From an uncultured Tepidisphaerales bacterium (lineage in GTDB: Bacteria; Planctomycetota; Phycisphaerae; Tepidisphaerales; Tepidisphaeraceae), in NCBI GenBank assembly GCA_964386435.1, contig CAYLSV010000002.1, positions 21,303 through 85,302 on the forward strand: a stretch of 64,000 bases of DNA. Reading direction: 5' to 3'. Shown here in pieces: positions 34,698 through 42,937 of the stretch (its first letter is position 1; each line of letters starts with the position of its first letter). The position numbers and the translations under genes were made by a program. Below the pieces are notes generated by a model. The model saw only the letters and a program-made list of their open reading frames with translations. It did not search any database and was not told the origin of the DNA.

Positions 34698-36344
34698 TCA
34701 TGCCTTCATCGTGGTGCCGTCGGGTTGGTGGTAGTTGACGCTGTACAGCTCCGGGCGGCGGTCGGTCCAGGGGCGGACGGTGCCTTGGACGCGGTTGCGG
34801 CGGAGCAGCTCGAGGTCGACGTCGTGCAGGACGACGGTCTCGATGTTCGGCATGCTCTCGCTGCCCACCGCGTCGCGGGCGAACTCGAAGTCGCTGGGCG
34901 TCAGCACGGCACACTGGGCGTAGTGCATGTCGGCGTTGTCGACGAACGGCATCATGCCGGCGCAGCCGCTGATGGCGACGTAGATCTGGTTCTCGATCGC
35001 CCGGGCCTGGGCGCAGTGGCGGACGCGCAGGTAGCCGCTGCGCTCGTCGGTGTTGTAGGGCACGAACAGGATGTCGGCCCCCTTGGCCCGGGCGATGCGG
35101 GCGAGCTCGGGGAACTCCACGTCGTAGCAGATCAGGATGGCGATCTTGCCGCGGTCGGTGTCGAAGACCTCCACCGTGTCGCCCGGCGAGACGCCCCACC
35201 AGCGGCTCTCGTTGGGCGTCACGTGCAGCTTGTACTGCTTCTCGATCGTGCCGTCGCGGCGAAACAAATAAGCGATGTTGAAAAGCTCCTCGTCCTCGAT
35301 CACCAGCTGGCTGCCGCCGATGATGTTGACGTTGAACCGGACGGCCAGGTCGTTGAACAGCTCCAAATAGGCCGGCGTGAACTCTGCCAATTTTCGGGCC
35401 GAATCGCTGGGCCGCTCGGCCTTCACGAGGGCCAGCAGCTGCGTCGTGAACAGCTCGGGGAAGACGACGAAATCGCTCTTGTAGTCGCTGCCGACGTCTG
35501 TGATGAACTCGCACTGCTTGGCGAACTGCTCGAAGCTCTCGACCCGCCGCATCATGTACTGGCTGACGCACAGCCGCACCCGGCTGACCCGCCGCATCTC
35601 CGTGGTGTCCTTCGCCTCGTGGTCGAGGTTCACCCACTCCAAGAACGCGGCGTACCCCCGGCTCGCCTTGTCGTCCGGCAAGTAGTTCGGCCGCAACCCC
35701 TTGAGCGCGAAGCCATTGGCCAACTGCACGGTCAGCACCGGGTCGAACACTTTTTTCAGCACCACCGCCTCGACGTAGTCGCTGGCGCTCATGGCATGGG
35801 CGTGCGCCCCGTAACCCGGCAAACGGCCGGCGATGATGATGCGCTTCAAGTTCTTCTCGCGGGCGAGCTGCTTGCGCGCGTCGTACAGCCGCCGGGCGAG
35901 CTTGAGGCCGCGGAACTCCGGGTGGACCATGATCTCGATGCCGTACAGCGTGTCGCCGTCGGGCTTGTGGTTGTTGATCGTGCCGCCGGCGCACACCGCC
36001 CGCCAGTCGTGCCACGCCTCGTGCTGGTCGTACTCGACGATCAGGCTGCTGCTGCTGGCGACGACCCGGCCCTCCAGCTCGACGCACAGCTGCCCCTCAG
36101 GGAAGTGCCGCAGCTGGCTCTCCAGCTCGCTCTTTTTCCAGAACCCCATGCCGGGGAACGCGAGCTGCTGCATCTCGATGATCGCGTCGAAATCGTCCGG
36201 CGTGATCGGCCGGACCTCGACGTGCCACTCGTATTTCTCCAAATCGATCTCCGGCTGCGGCACCGCTGGTTGGCCCGGCGTCGGCACGCCGGGCGTGGGG
36301 CCAACGGTGGTGGGCGGGACAATCGTGGAGGTCGAACTCGGCAT
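34698..36344 (-). CDS. Bifunctional GNAT N-acetyltransferase / carbon-nitrogen hydrolase (nitrilase superfamily) protein
   Basis: N-terminal GNAT ([17 protein letters not shown]). C-terminal CN-hydrolase with FPE, K-L-H and ILICYD (catalytic E-K-C). Confidence 0.85.
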   Translation of the reverse strand: MPSSTSTIVPPTTVGPTPGVPTPGQPAVPQPEIDLEKYEWHVEVRPITPDDFDAIIEMQQLAFPGMGFWKKSELESQLRHFPEGQLCVELEGRVVASSSSLIVEYDQHEAWHDWRAVCAGGTINNHKPDGDTLYGIEIMVHPEFRGLKLARRLYDARKQLAREKNLKRIIIAGRLPGYGAHAHAMSASDYVEAVVLKKVFDPVLTVQLANGFALKGLRPNYLPDDKASRGYAAFLEWVNLDHEAKDTTEMRRVSRVRLCVSQYMMRRVESFEQFAKQCEFITDVGSDYKSDFVVFPELFTTQLLALVKAERPSDSARKLAEFTPAYLELFNDLAVRFNVNIIGGSQLVIEDEELFNIAYLFRRDGTIEKQYKLHVTPNESRWWGVSPGDTVEVFDTDRGKIAILICYDVEFPELARIARAKGADILFVPYNTDERSGYLRVRHCAQARAIENQIYVAISGCAGMMPFVDNADMHYAQCAVLTPSDFEFARDAVGSESMPNIETVVLHDVDLELLRRNRVQGTVRPWTDRRPELYSVNYHQPDGTTMKA

Positions 36345-36371
36345 GCGGCCGCCATCGTAGCGACCGCCGCC

Positions 36372-37319
36372 TCACCCGTTCGCGGCGTCGATCGGCCGGT
36401 GCCAGTCCCGCAGCGGTCGGCTCATCAGCACGCCCAGCACGACGAGCGGGTAGATCATCCCCAGCACCGCCCACGGCACCAGGAACACCGTCCCCGCCAT
36501 CAGGCCGTCGCCCACGTCGGTGTCGATCGGGAACTGCTCCATCGGCCGGACGAACACCCAGACGGTGAGCCCGAGCGTGAGCAGCCCGACGACCAGCCGC
36601 AGCATCGCCCAGATCACGTGCAGCCGCCGGCCTGTCGGCCCCGGCCGCAGCGTCATGATGCCCGCGATCAGCAAGCCGATCGCCAGCAGCACGTTCACCC
36701 CCTGCGTCGCCACAAGGGCCATGGCACTTCCGAGGTCAAACGGGATGCCGCCGAACCGCTCGACCGTCGTGTCCTGCCCATGGCTGGCGATAATCGTGAC
36801 GTCACTGCCGTCGGGCGGGTACAGGTAAAACTCGGCCGTGCCCGCCCCGACGTAAATGTGGTTGCCGTTGGTCAGCACATAGTGGGACTGCGTGTAGTGC
36901 TCATCGAATCCGGCCGTGTCGATGTGCCCGTCGATGTAGGCGGCGGTCCAGCCGGAATCGATCGGCGGCGGGGTGAAGGGCACCTCGTGTTCGGCGAGCA
37001 ACTGCTCCAGCAACACCACATCCCCCGGCGGCAGCGGATACGCCGCATCCAACGCCTCGACAACCACCGTCACGTCCGCCGCCGACAGCGATTGGGCCGG
37101 CGACGTGCTCCTCATCCCGCCGCCGGCCGACGACGCCAGCTCCTTTTGCAACGCCACCACCAGCGCCACGCCGATGCCGCCGCTGAAGAGGTTGCCGACG
37201 ATGCCCAACGACCCGAAGACAATGCTCAGCGTCGCCAGCGTCGTCACCACGCCCGGCCGCAACGAACCCGCCGCGCGAGACGGCGGGGCATAACTGGCCA
37301 GAAACGGCGGCTGCGACAT
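36372..37319 (-). CDS. Membrane protein, paralogue A of a tandem pair
   Basis: Start set at MSQPPF (37319) by analogy with the neighbour. Shares VVTTL.(V/T)LSIVFGSLGI, a middle periplasmic domain and C-terminal GRRLH.IW..(L/V)R TM helices with 37360..38307. Confidence 0.55.
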   Translation of the reverse strand: MSQPPFLASYAPPSRAAGSLRPGVVTTLATLSIVFGSLGIVGNLFSGGIGVALVVALQKELASSAGGGMRSTSPAQSLSAADVTVVVEALDAAYPLPPGDVVLLEQLLAEHEVPFTPPPIDSGWTAAYIDGHIDTAGFDEHYTQSHYVLTNGNHIYVGAGTAEFYLYPPDGSDVTIIASHGQDTTVERFGGIPFDLGSAMALVATQGVNVLLAIGLLIAGIMTLRPGPTGRRLHVIWAMLRLVVGLLTLGLTVWVFVRPMEQFPIDTDVGDGLMAGTVFLVPWAVLGMIYPLVVLGVLMSRPLRDWHRPIDAANG

Positions 37320-37359
37320 GCCGCCAGTCTGCCGGAACACGTCAAAGCGGGCAAGCCGC

Positions 37360-38307
37360 TCAACCCCCACGTTCGGCGGCGAGTTGCGCGAAGTGCGCCC
37401 GCACCGGCCGCACCCGCAGCAGGATGGCCACGGCGATCGGGTAGGCGGCCATGAACAGGAACGTGAGCAAGCCGCTGACGAGCGCGCCGATCCAGAACCA
37501 CTGCGGCGCCGGCCCGCCGCCGCCGGTGTTGAACGTGAACCCGCCCATCATCGACAGCGACTGCCACACGCCCACCGCCGTCGCGCCGATCGCGATGCCC
37601 AGCCGGACCACCCACCAGATCGCGTGCAGCCGCCGGCCGATGAGCTTGTCGCGGACCGTCGCGATGCCGGCCACCAGCAGCAGGACGGCCAAGCCGGCGG
37701 AGATGAAGCCGATGACGATCTGCAGGATGAACGGCACCAGATTGTCGCCGCCGAACATGTTCAGGTTCGCCGTGCTGGAGGCGATGACGCCGGTCGTGTC
37801 GGCGACGGTGTTGCTAATGCCGTTCGGGCCGTTCGTCTCGATGGTTACGGTCTGGGCACCGACGGTGATGCTGCCGGGAACGCCAAAGTCGTACACAAGG
37901 TCGTCGTTGAAGTCGGTGCGCGTCAGCATGGCCGCGGCCACGTCCTCCGTCGTCAGTTCTTTCGTTGCCGGCACGATCGGCAGGTCGAGCGTCGGCAGCA
38001 CATCCAGCAACATCTGCCGCTGCGGGTCGGTCAGGGGTTGCGCGTCGTCCAACGCCTGCACCACGTTCCGCACCTCCGCGTCCGTCAACGCCGGCCCCGC
38101 GACCAGCGCCGGCGCCCCCAGCGTCAAGTTGAAGTTGCTGAAGAACAACAGCATGACGAGCGTCCCCGCGGCCGACAGCAGGTTGTACGCGATCCCCAGG
38201 CTGCCGAAGACGATACTCAGCACACCCAGCGTCGTCACGACCCCGTGCCGCCCCTGCCGCATGTCCGCCCCGGCGTAGTTCAGCGTGTTGTCGGGTGCGT
38301 CGCTCAT
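37360..38307 (-). CDS. Membrane protein, paralogue B of a tandem pair
   Basis: Same architecture as 36372..37319. No family recognised. Confidence 0.55.
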   Translation of the reverse strand: MSDAPDNTLNYAGADMRQGRHGVVTTLGVLSIVFGSLGIAYNLLSAAGTLVMLLFFSNFNLTLGAPALVAGPALTDAEVRNVVQALDDAQPLTDPQRQMLLDVLPTLDLPIVPATKELTTEDVAAAMLTRTDFNDDLVYDFGVPGSITVGAQTVTIETNGPNGISNTVADTTGVIASSTANLNMFGGDNLVPFILQIVIGFISAGLAVLLLVAGIATVRDKLIGRRLHAIWWVVRLGIAIGATAVGVWQSLSMMGGFTFNTGGGGPAPQWFWIGALVSGLLTFLFMAAYPIAVAILLRVRPVRAHFAQLAAERGG

Positions 38308-38375
38308 GCCCTGCAGTATGCCGCCGTCCGATGCCCGACGCCAGCGATGGGCAGGTCATGCCCCTACGCTGCGGC

Positions 38376-38726
38376 ATGGGCCTTTTCGATGGCACGCCGC
38401 TGGAGCGGCCGGTGACTTGTGAGCGGTGTGACAAGCCGGTGGACGAGTGTGATTGTCCGCGGGATGCCGGTGGGGCGGTGCGGTTGCCGGGGGATCAGGA
38501 CGTGCGGGTGCGGCGGGAGAAGCGGCGGGGCAAGTGGGTGACCGTCGCCACCGGCTTCGACGCCGCGGCGAGCGACGTGCCGGGCCTGCTGAAGAACCTC
38601 CAGCGCGCCCTTGGCGTCGGCGGCACGACCAAGGGCGACGGCTTCGAACTGCAGGGCGACGCGCGGGACCGCGTGGTCACGGAGCTGCAGAAGCTCGGCT
38701 ACGCGGTCAAGCCCGCTGGGGGGTGA
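38376..38726 (+). CDS. Translation initiation factor SUI1/YciH family
   Basis: ATG 38376. CxxC...CxC N-terminus, then VRVRREKRRGKWVTVATGF...LKNLQRALGVGGT...ELQGD...L.KLGY. Confidence 0.85.
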   Translation: MGLFDGTPLERPVTCERCDKPVDECDCPRDAGGAVRLPGDQDVRVRREKRRGKWVTVATGFDAAASDVPGLLKNLQRALGVGGTTKGDGFELQGDARDRVVTELQKLGYAVKPAGG

Positions 38727-38751
38727 GGGAGAACTATGGCGTGCTGAAGTG

Positions 38752-38805
38752 TGACGTGGTGAATTGCCGGAAGCGTCGCAACTTCTTCGGCAACTCACCA
38801 CGTCA
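38752..38805. terminator. Inverted repeat between convergent genes (candidate bidirectional terminator)
   Basis: TGACGTGGTGAATTGCCG (38752-38769) pairs with CGGCAACTCACCACGTCA (38788-38805), 17/18 complementary. No U-tract. Confidence 0.4.
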
Positions 38806-39678
38806 AACTTTCTCAAACCCCACGATCCGGTCCATCTTGAACGTGCGCATCTCGCCGCGGAGGTGGCAGTAGCCGATGAGGGTGGCGTCGTCGGGGCGGG
38901 TGCCGCGCTTGATGTCCATCGGCTCGATGACCCGCTCGGTACGTTTGCGGCGGGCGTCGAGGTAGGCCATCCGCACGGGGCGGCGGCTGGTGAGAGCTTC
39001 TTCCAGCTCCAGCGGCAACGGCTCGGCGGGGGCGGTCGGCTGCTCGGGGATCAGTGGGCTGCCGGTGCGTTCGCCGATGCGGCGGGGGCCGCCTTGGGCG
39101 GCGAGGACGTCCATGAACGCCATCTCGTTGCCGCCGAGGGGCTCGAGCAGGTTCGCCAGCACGCCGGCGGTGGTCAGGCAGTCGGCGAGCGCGCGGTGGG
39201 CGGTGTCGACCTCGATGCCGAATCGGACCGCCAGCTTCTGCAAGCCATTGCCGCCGCGGCCGAAGCGTTTGCGGGCGATTCGCACCGTGTCGAGCACGAA
39301 CTGCCCGGCCAACTCGCGGTGCAAGTCGAGGCCGCACAGCACGCACTCGGCGTCCAGAAACGAGAGGTCGAAGCCGACGTTGTGCCCGACGACCACGGCG
39401 TCGGATAGCAGATCGAGTACCTCGCCTTGAACGTCGCCGAACTTCGGCTGGTCGCGGACCATTTCCTGCGTGATGCCGGTGAGGGCGATGACGCCAGGGT
39501 TGATCCGCCGGCCGGGGTTGAGCAGTTGCTGGTACTCGGTCGCCTCGCCGCCGGGGTCGATCCGCAGGATGCCGACCTCCGTCACGCGATCGCCGAAGCG
39601 GGCGCTGCTGCCGGTCGTCTCGACATCAACGACGGCCAACGGCACGTCGCGCAGCTTGTCCAGCAGGGAGACGGGCAT
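38803..39678 (-). CDS. DEDDh 3'-5' exonuclease (DnaQ/epsilon-like) fused to a C-terminal WYL domain
   Basis: Exo I VVDVETTG, Exo II VVGHNVGFDLSFL and Exo III HRALADC. The C-terminus RPVRMAYLD...ERVIEP...LIGYCHLRGEMRTFKMDRI is WYL-like. Confidence 0.8.
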   Translation of the reverse strand: MPVSLLDKLRDVPLAVVDVETTGSSARFGDRVTEVGILRIDPGGEATEYQQLLNPGRRINPGVIALTGITQEMVRDQPKFGDVQGEVLDLLSDAVVVGHNVGFDLSFLDAECVLCGLDLHRELAGQFVLDTVRIARKRFGRGGNGLQKLAVRFGIEVDTAHRALADCLTTAGVLANLLEPLGGNEMAFMDVLAAQGGPRRIGERTGSPLIPEQPTAPAEPLPLELEEALTSRRPVRMAYLDARRKRTERVIEPMDIKRGTRPDDATLIGYCHLRGEMRTFKMDRIVGFEKV

Positions 39679-39690
39679 GAGTGGCGATAC

Positions 39691-39765
39691 GGTTGTTGTT
39701 GGTCCTTTGTTCTTGCTCCTTCATCCTCAGAACAAATGACAAAGGACCAATGACAAAGAACAATC
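39691..39765. repeat. Heptad-word hairpin, same word family as 19423 and 41486
   Basis: GGTTGTTGTTGGTCCTTTGTTCTTGCTCC... is followed by AGAACAAATGACAAAGGACCAATGACAAAGAACAA. Begins 13 nt upstream of the exonuclease-WYL ATG. Confidence 0.7.
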
Positions 39766-39770
39766 CACCT

Positions 39771-40325
39771 TCACCCACCCAGCAGCCGGCCGAACAGCTC
39801 TGCTGCAAGCCGCCGGGCGTCGGGGCTGGTCAGCAGGCGGGGGTTCGAGAGCGCCTGCCGCAGTGGAAGCTGGCCCTCGTACTCGAACGGCACCTTCACC
39901 GGCAGCAAGCCGGCGGTGCCCGGCGTGGCGAACGACGCTGACCCGTTCACCCGGTACCCGAAGTCGCCGCCGCTGGCCGAGAGGGCGTCGCCGGCCTCCA
40001 GCAGCTCGTCCCACCGCAGCTCGATCGGCACACGCAATGCCTTGGTCCCGCCGGCCGGCAAACTCTCCCCGTCCGCCAACGCCGCGCTGCCCTTGGCAAC
40101 GTTCACCCCCTCGGCCGCGAGTTGATAACTCACCCCCCGCACCGGCAGATCAATTGAGTTCGGGTTGGTCACCGCCAGATCAACGCCAAGCGTCATGCCG
40201 TCGGTGGTAATGCCGACCAGCTCCCCGCCCGTCGCCGCCACCGTCGGCGGCTCGACGCTGGCACACCCCGTGAGCAACAACGCGAGCCATGGCAGGACAA
40301 GAATGCGAGCGAGCGACGGGCACAT
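39771..40325 (-). CDS. LEA type-2 / WHy-domain lipoprotein
   Basis: Lipobox LLTGCAS. The LAVTNPNSIDLPV...Y.L...G repeat pattern matches LEA_2 (Lea14-like) domains. Confidence 0.6.
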   Translation of the reverse strand: MCPSLARILVLPWLALLLTGCASVEPPTVAATGGELVGITTDGMTLGVDLAVTNPNSIDLPVRGVSYQLAAEGVNVAKGSAALADGESLPAGGTKALRVPIELRWDELLEAGDALSASGGDFGYRVNGSASFATPGTAGLLPVKVPFEYEGQLPLRQALSNPRLLTSPDARRLAAELFGRLLGG

Positions 40326-40348
40326 GGCCGCAGGGTATCATTTGCGGC

Positions 40349-40597
40349 ATGACCCGCCTACTCGACCAGGCGCTTCAGCGCCTCACCATGCTGCCGGACG
40401 ACCGCCAGGACGCCGAGGCGCGACTCATCCTGCAGCGCCTCGAATCATTCGACGAAGCGCTGGCCGAGATGAAGAAACTCGACGCCGAGGTCACAGAGAT
40501 GTTCGAAGGCCCGCCCGGCCTCGACCCCATGCTCGACCCGGCGAACCACCGGCCGGGTACAATTTCACCGGCCGAGTACTTCGGTGACGAGTCATGA
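40349..40597 (+). CDS. Putative antitoxin partner of VapC
   Basis: 82 aa from ATG 40349 (MTRLLDQALQRLTMLPDDRQDA...). The stop overlaps the vapC ATG (ATGA). Confidence 0.55.
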   Translation: MTRLLDQALQRLTMLPDDRQDAEARLILQRLESFDEALAEMKKLDAEVTEMFEGPPGLDPMLDPANHRPGTISPAEYFGDES

Positions 40598-40998
40598 CCG
40601 CACCACACGATCGCGTTGTTTTGATCGACACGGCTGTTGTCGTGTACCTCGAGACGCGGCCGAACGCGCTGTCGTCCTTTGCCAAGGACGTGATGCAGCG
40701 CAAGACGGCAAGACGCTATCTGAGCATGGTCAGCTTGTGGGAGATCGCCATCAAGAACGGCATCGGAAAACTGCCACTTGACGACGGCTTCGCGGATCTG
40801 GCAGCTCGCTGGGCGGGTCGCGACGATCTTGAGCTGCTGACGCTGTCACTGCCCGTGATCAACCGTGTACCGGCGTTGCCGCTGATCCATCGCGACCCAT
40901 TCGACAGGCTGCTGGCCTGTCAGTTTCAGGAACTTGATGTGGCTATTCTCTCACCTGACCCGGTGTTCGACGCCTACGGCATTCTCAGGATGTGGTGA
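40594..40998 (+). CDS. vapC: Type II toxin, PIN-domain VapC family
   Basis: VVLIDTAVVVY (acidic D), SLWEIAIK, HRDPFDRLL and PD at the C-terminus form the PIN signature. Confidence 0.85.
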   Translation: MTAPHDRVVLIDTAVVVYLETRPNALSSFAKDVMQRKTARRYLSMVSLWEIAIKNGIGKLPLDDGFADLAARWAGRDDLELLTLSLPVINRVPALPLIHRDPFDRLLACQFQELDVAILSPDPVFDAYGILRMW

Positions 40999-41004
40999 GT
41001 CGCA

Positions 41005-41478
41005 TTACCCCATCTTCGTGCCGATGATGTCGGCTTCAAAGACGAGCTTGCCCTTGACCATGCCCTGACACTGGGCGCGGACGCGGCGGTGGCGGCTTTC
41101 GACGAGGTGGCAGAGGATGTAGAGGCGGCAGCCGGGCTCGACGGCTTGGCGGAACTTGCAGTTCTCCACGCCGCCGAAGCCGATGAAGCCCGGCCAGCCG
41201 AGGATGTGCTTGGTGCAAAAGCTCGACACCTGCGCCGCGGCCTCGAGCATGATGACCCCGGGCAGCAGCGGCCGGCCGGGGATGTGGCCGGGAACCCAGA
41301 ACTCGTCCTCGCCGACTTCTTTGTAGCCGATGATGTCGCCGCGGTCGTTGTGCCAGACGATGGCGTCGAGGTGGCGCATCAGCCCGCGTTGGGGATTCAC
41401 CTCCTCGATCACCGCCGGCCCGTGCCGGACGGCGTCGAGGTCGATTTGCGACAGATCCAGGACGAACTGGGGGGGCAT
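41005..41478 (-). CDS. 3-hydroxyacyl-ACP dehydratase, FabZ/FabA hot-dog family
   Basis: FWVPGHIPGRPLLPGVIMLEAAAQ active-site region and a hot-dog length of about 157 aa. Confidence 0.8.
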   Translation of the reverse strand: MPPQFVLDLSQIDLDAVRHGPAVIEEVNPQRGLMRHLDAIVWHNDRGDIIGYKEVGEDEFWVPGHIPGRPLLPGVIMLEAAAQVSSFCTKHILGWPGFIGFGGVENCKFRQAVEPGCRLYILCHLVESRHRRVRAQCQGMVKGKLVFEADIIGTKMG

Positions 41479-41485
41479 GGCGGAG

Positions 41486-41583
41486 GTGTTGTTGGTTCTT
41501 TGTCCTTGGTCCTTTGGCCTTCGTCACCAGCGACATCGCTCTTCGTTTGGACCAAGAACAAAGAACAAAGGACCAACAACCAC
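41486..41583. repeat. Heptad-word long hairpin
   Basis: The left arm is GTGTTGTTGGTTCTTTGTCCTTGGTCCTTTGGCCTTCGTCAC. The right arm's reverse complement is GTGGTTGTTGGTCCTTTGTTCTTTGTTCTTGGTCCAAA. Ends 7 nt upstream of the FabZ-like ATG. Confidence 0.8.
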
Positions 41584-41586
41584 CGC

Positions 41587-41766
41587 TCACTCGCTATCGC
41601 GGGCTTCGAGGATCTTGACGCGGACGTCCTGAGCGGCGTTCTTGATTTCTTGCATCTTCTTGCGGACGCGGGTGCCGGCCGCTTTGTTGCCGCCGTAGGC
41701 CTTCTCGACGTCGTCCTCGGCGTCCTGGATCAGTTCTTTGAGCTTCGCGAACTCGGGCATCATCAT
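41587..41766 (-). CDS. Histone H1-like nucleoid protein (Hc1 family)
   Basis: Start taken at MMMPEF (41766). KLKELIQDAEDDVEKAYGGNKAAGTRVRKKMQEIKNAAQDVR resembles chlamydial Hc1. Confidence 0.65.
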   Translation of the reverse strand: MMMPEFAKLKELIQDAEDDVEKAYGGNKAAGTRVRKKMQEIKNAAQDVRVKILEARDSE

Positions 41767-41849
41767 CGGGGTGCGTCCTTCGGTGAAAGATCGAACATTC
41801 GGGGCCACGGCGGCCGGGGTGGGGAAACTAACGCCCTGGCGAACCGAAA

Positions 41850-42767
41850 TCAAACGCCCGCCGGTTCATTGGTCGCCGAAACTTCGCCGCTGCCGCCGCG
41901 CACGTCGCGGTGAAACAGCTCCTTGAGCCGCTTCGTGATCGGGCCCGGCTTGCCTTGGCCGACGACGCGGCCGTCGATCTTCGTCACGCCGATGACCTCC
42001 GCCGCGGTGCCGGTGAGAAAGACTTCGTCGGCCGTGTAGAGGTCGTGCCGCAGTAGCGGCTTCTCTTTCACGTTAAAACCGTCGCGGCGGGCGAGTTGCA
42101 TGACGAAGTCGCGGGTGATGCCCTTCAGGATGCCCGCCGAGGCCGGGGGCGTGCGGATTATGCCGCATTGCACGAGAAACACGTTGTCGGCCGTGCACTC
42201 GGCGACTTCGCCAAGGTGGTTGAGCATGATTGCCTCCGGCACCCCCGCGTCGTTGGCTTCGATTTTTGCAAGAATGCTGTTGAGGTAGTTCAGACTCTTA
42301 ATCCGCGGCGGCAGGGCGTTGATAAAGTTCTTCTGCCAACTGCTGGTGATGACGCTCATGCCCTCGTCATACATCTGCTGCGGGTAGATGCGGATCGTGT
42401 CGGCGATAATGAAGACGCTGGCTTTGGGGCAACGGTTGGGGTCAAGGCCCAGATCGCCCACGCCGCGCGTGACCACGAGGCGGAGGTAGCAGTCGCCATT
42501 CTCGAAGCCGTTGGCGGCCATCGTCTGCTTCATCGCCTCGGCGAGCTCCTGTGGCGTGTGCGGGATGACGAGGCGGATCGCCTTGGCCGATTCGTAGAGG
42601 CGGACGAGGTGGGCGTTTTCTTCAAACACGTGCCCGCCGTAGGCCCGCAACCCCTCGAAGACGCCGTCGCCGTAGAGCAGGCCGTGGTCGTAGACGCTGA
42701 CCTTGGCCTGGGCCTTGGGGACGAGCTCGCCGTCGAGCCAGATCATTCGTTTGTCGCTGTCGCTCAT
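41850..42767 (-). CDS. ilvE: Branched-chain amino acid aminotransferase (class IV)
   Basis: Start ATG 42767 (MSDSDKRMIWLDGELV). HGLLYGDGVFEG, YLRLVVTRG, KSLNYL and FLTGTAAEV motifs. Confidence 0.9.
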   Translation of the reverse strand: MSDSDKRMIWLDGELVPKAQAKVSVYDHGLLYGDGVFEGLRAYGGHVFEENAHLVRLYESAKAIRLVIPHTPQELAEAMKQTMAANGFENGDCYLRLVVTRGVGDLGLDPNRCPKASVFIIADTIRIYPQQMYDEGMSVITSSWQKNFINALPPRIKSLNYLNSILAKIEANDAGVPEAIMLNHLGEVAECTADNVFLVQCGIIRTPPASAGILKGITRDFVMQLARRDGFNVKEKPLLRHDLYTADEVFLTGTAAEVIGVTKIDGRVVGQGKPGPITKRLKELFHRDVRGGSGEVSATNEPAGV

Positions 42768-42827
42768 GAAGTCGCTCCTCGGGCATGAGTGTACCCGCCG
42801 GCAACTGGCACACGATTGGATTCGCAT

Positions 42828-42937
42828 GTAGCTGCGGGATGACAGCCCGCAGTGGACGGCCTCGCAAAGTGACAAGGCAACCCGTTGCACTGTCACGCGT
42901 CCGACGCGTCCACTGCGGGCCGTCAGCCCGCAGCTAC
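42828..42937. repeat. Family-A double-hairpin palindromic element
   Basis: GTAGCTGCGGGATGACAGCCCGCAGTGG (42828-42855), a 54-nt spacer, then CCACTGCGGGCCGTCAGCCCGCAGCTAC (42910-42937). The right arm supplies the TAG stop of the GT1 gene. Confidence 0.85.

Noticed and set aside
34659-37454. 931-aa plus-strand ORF spanning three minus-strand genes
   Set aside because: It is antisense to the well-supported GNAT-nitrilase gene and the membrane paralogues. The product is Arg/His/Pro/Gln-rich and not protein-like.
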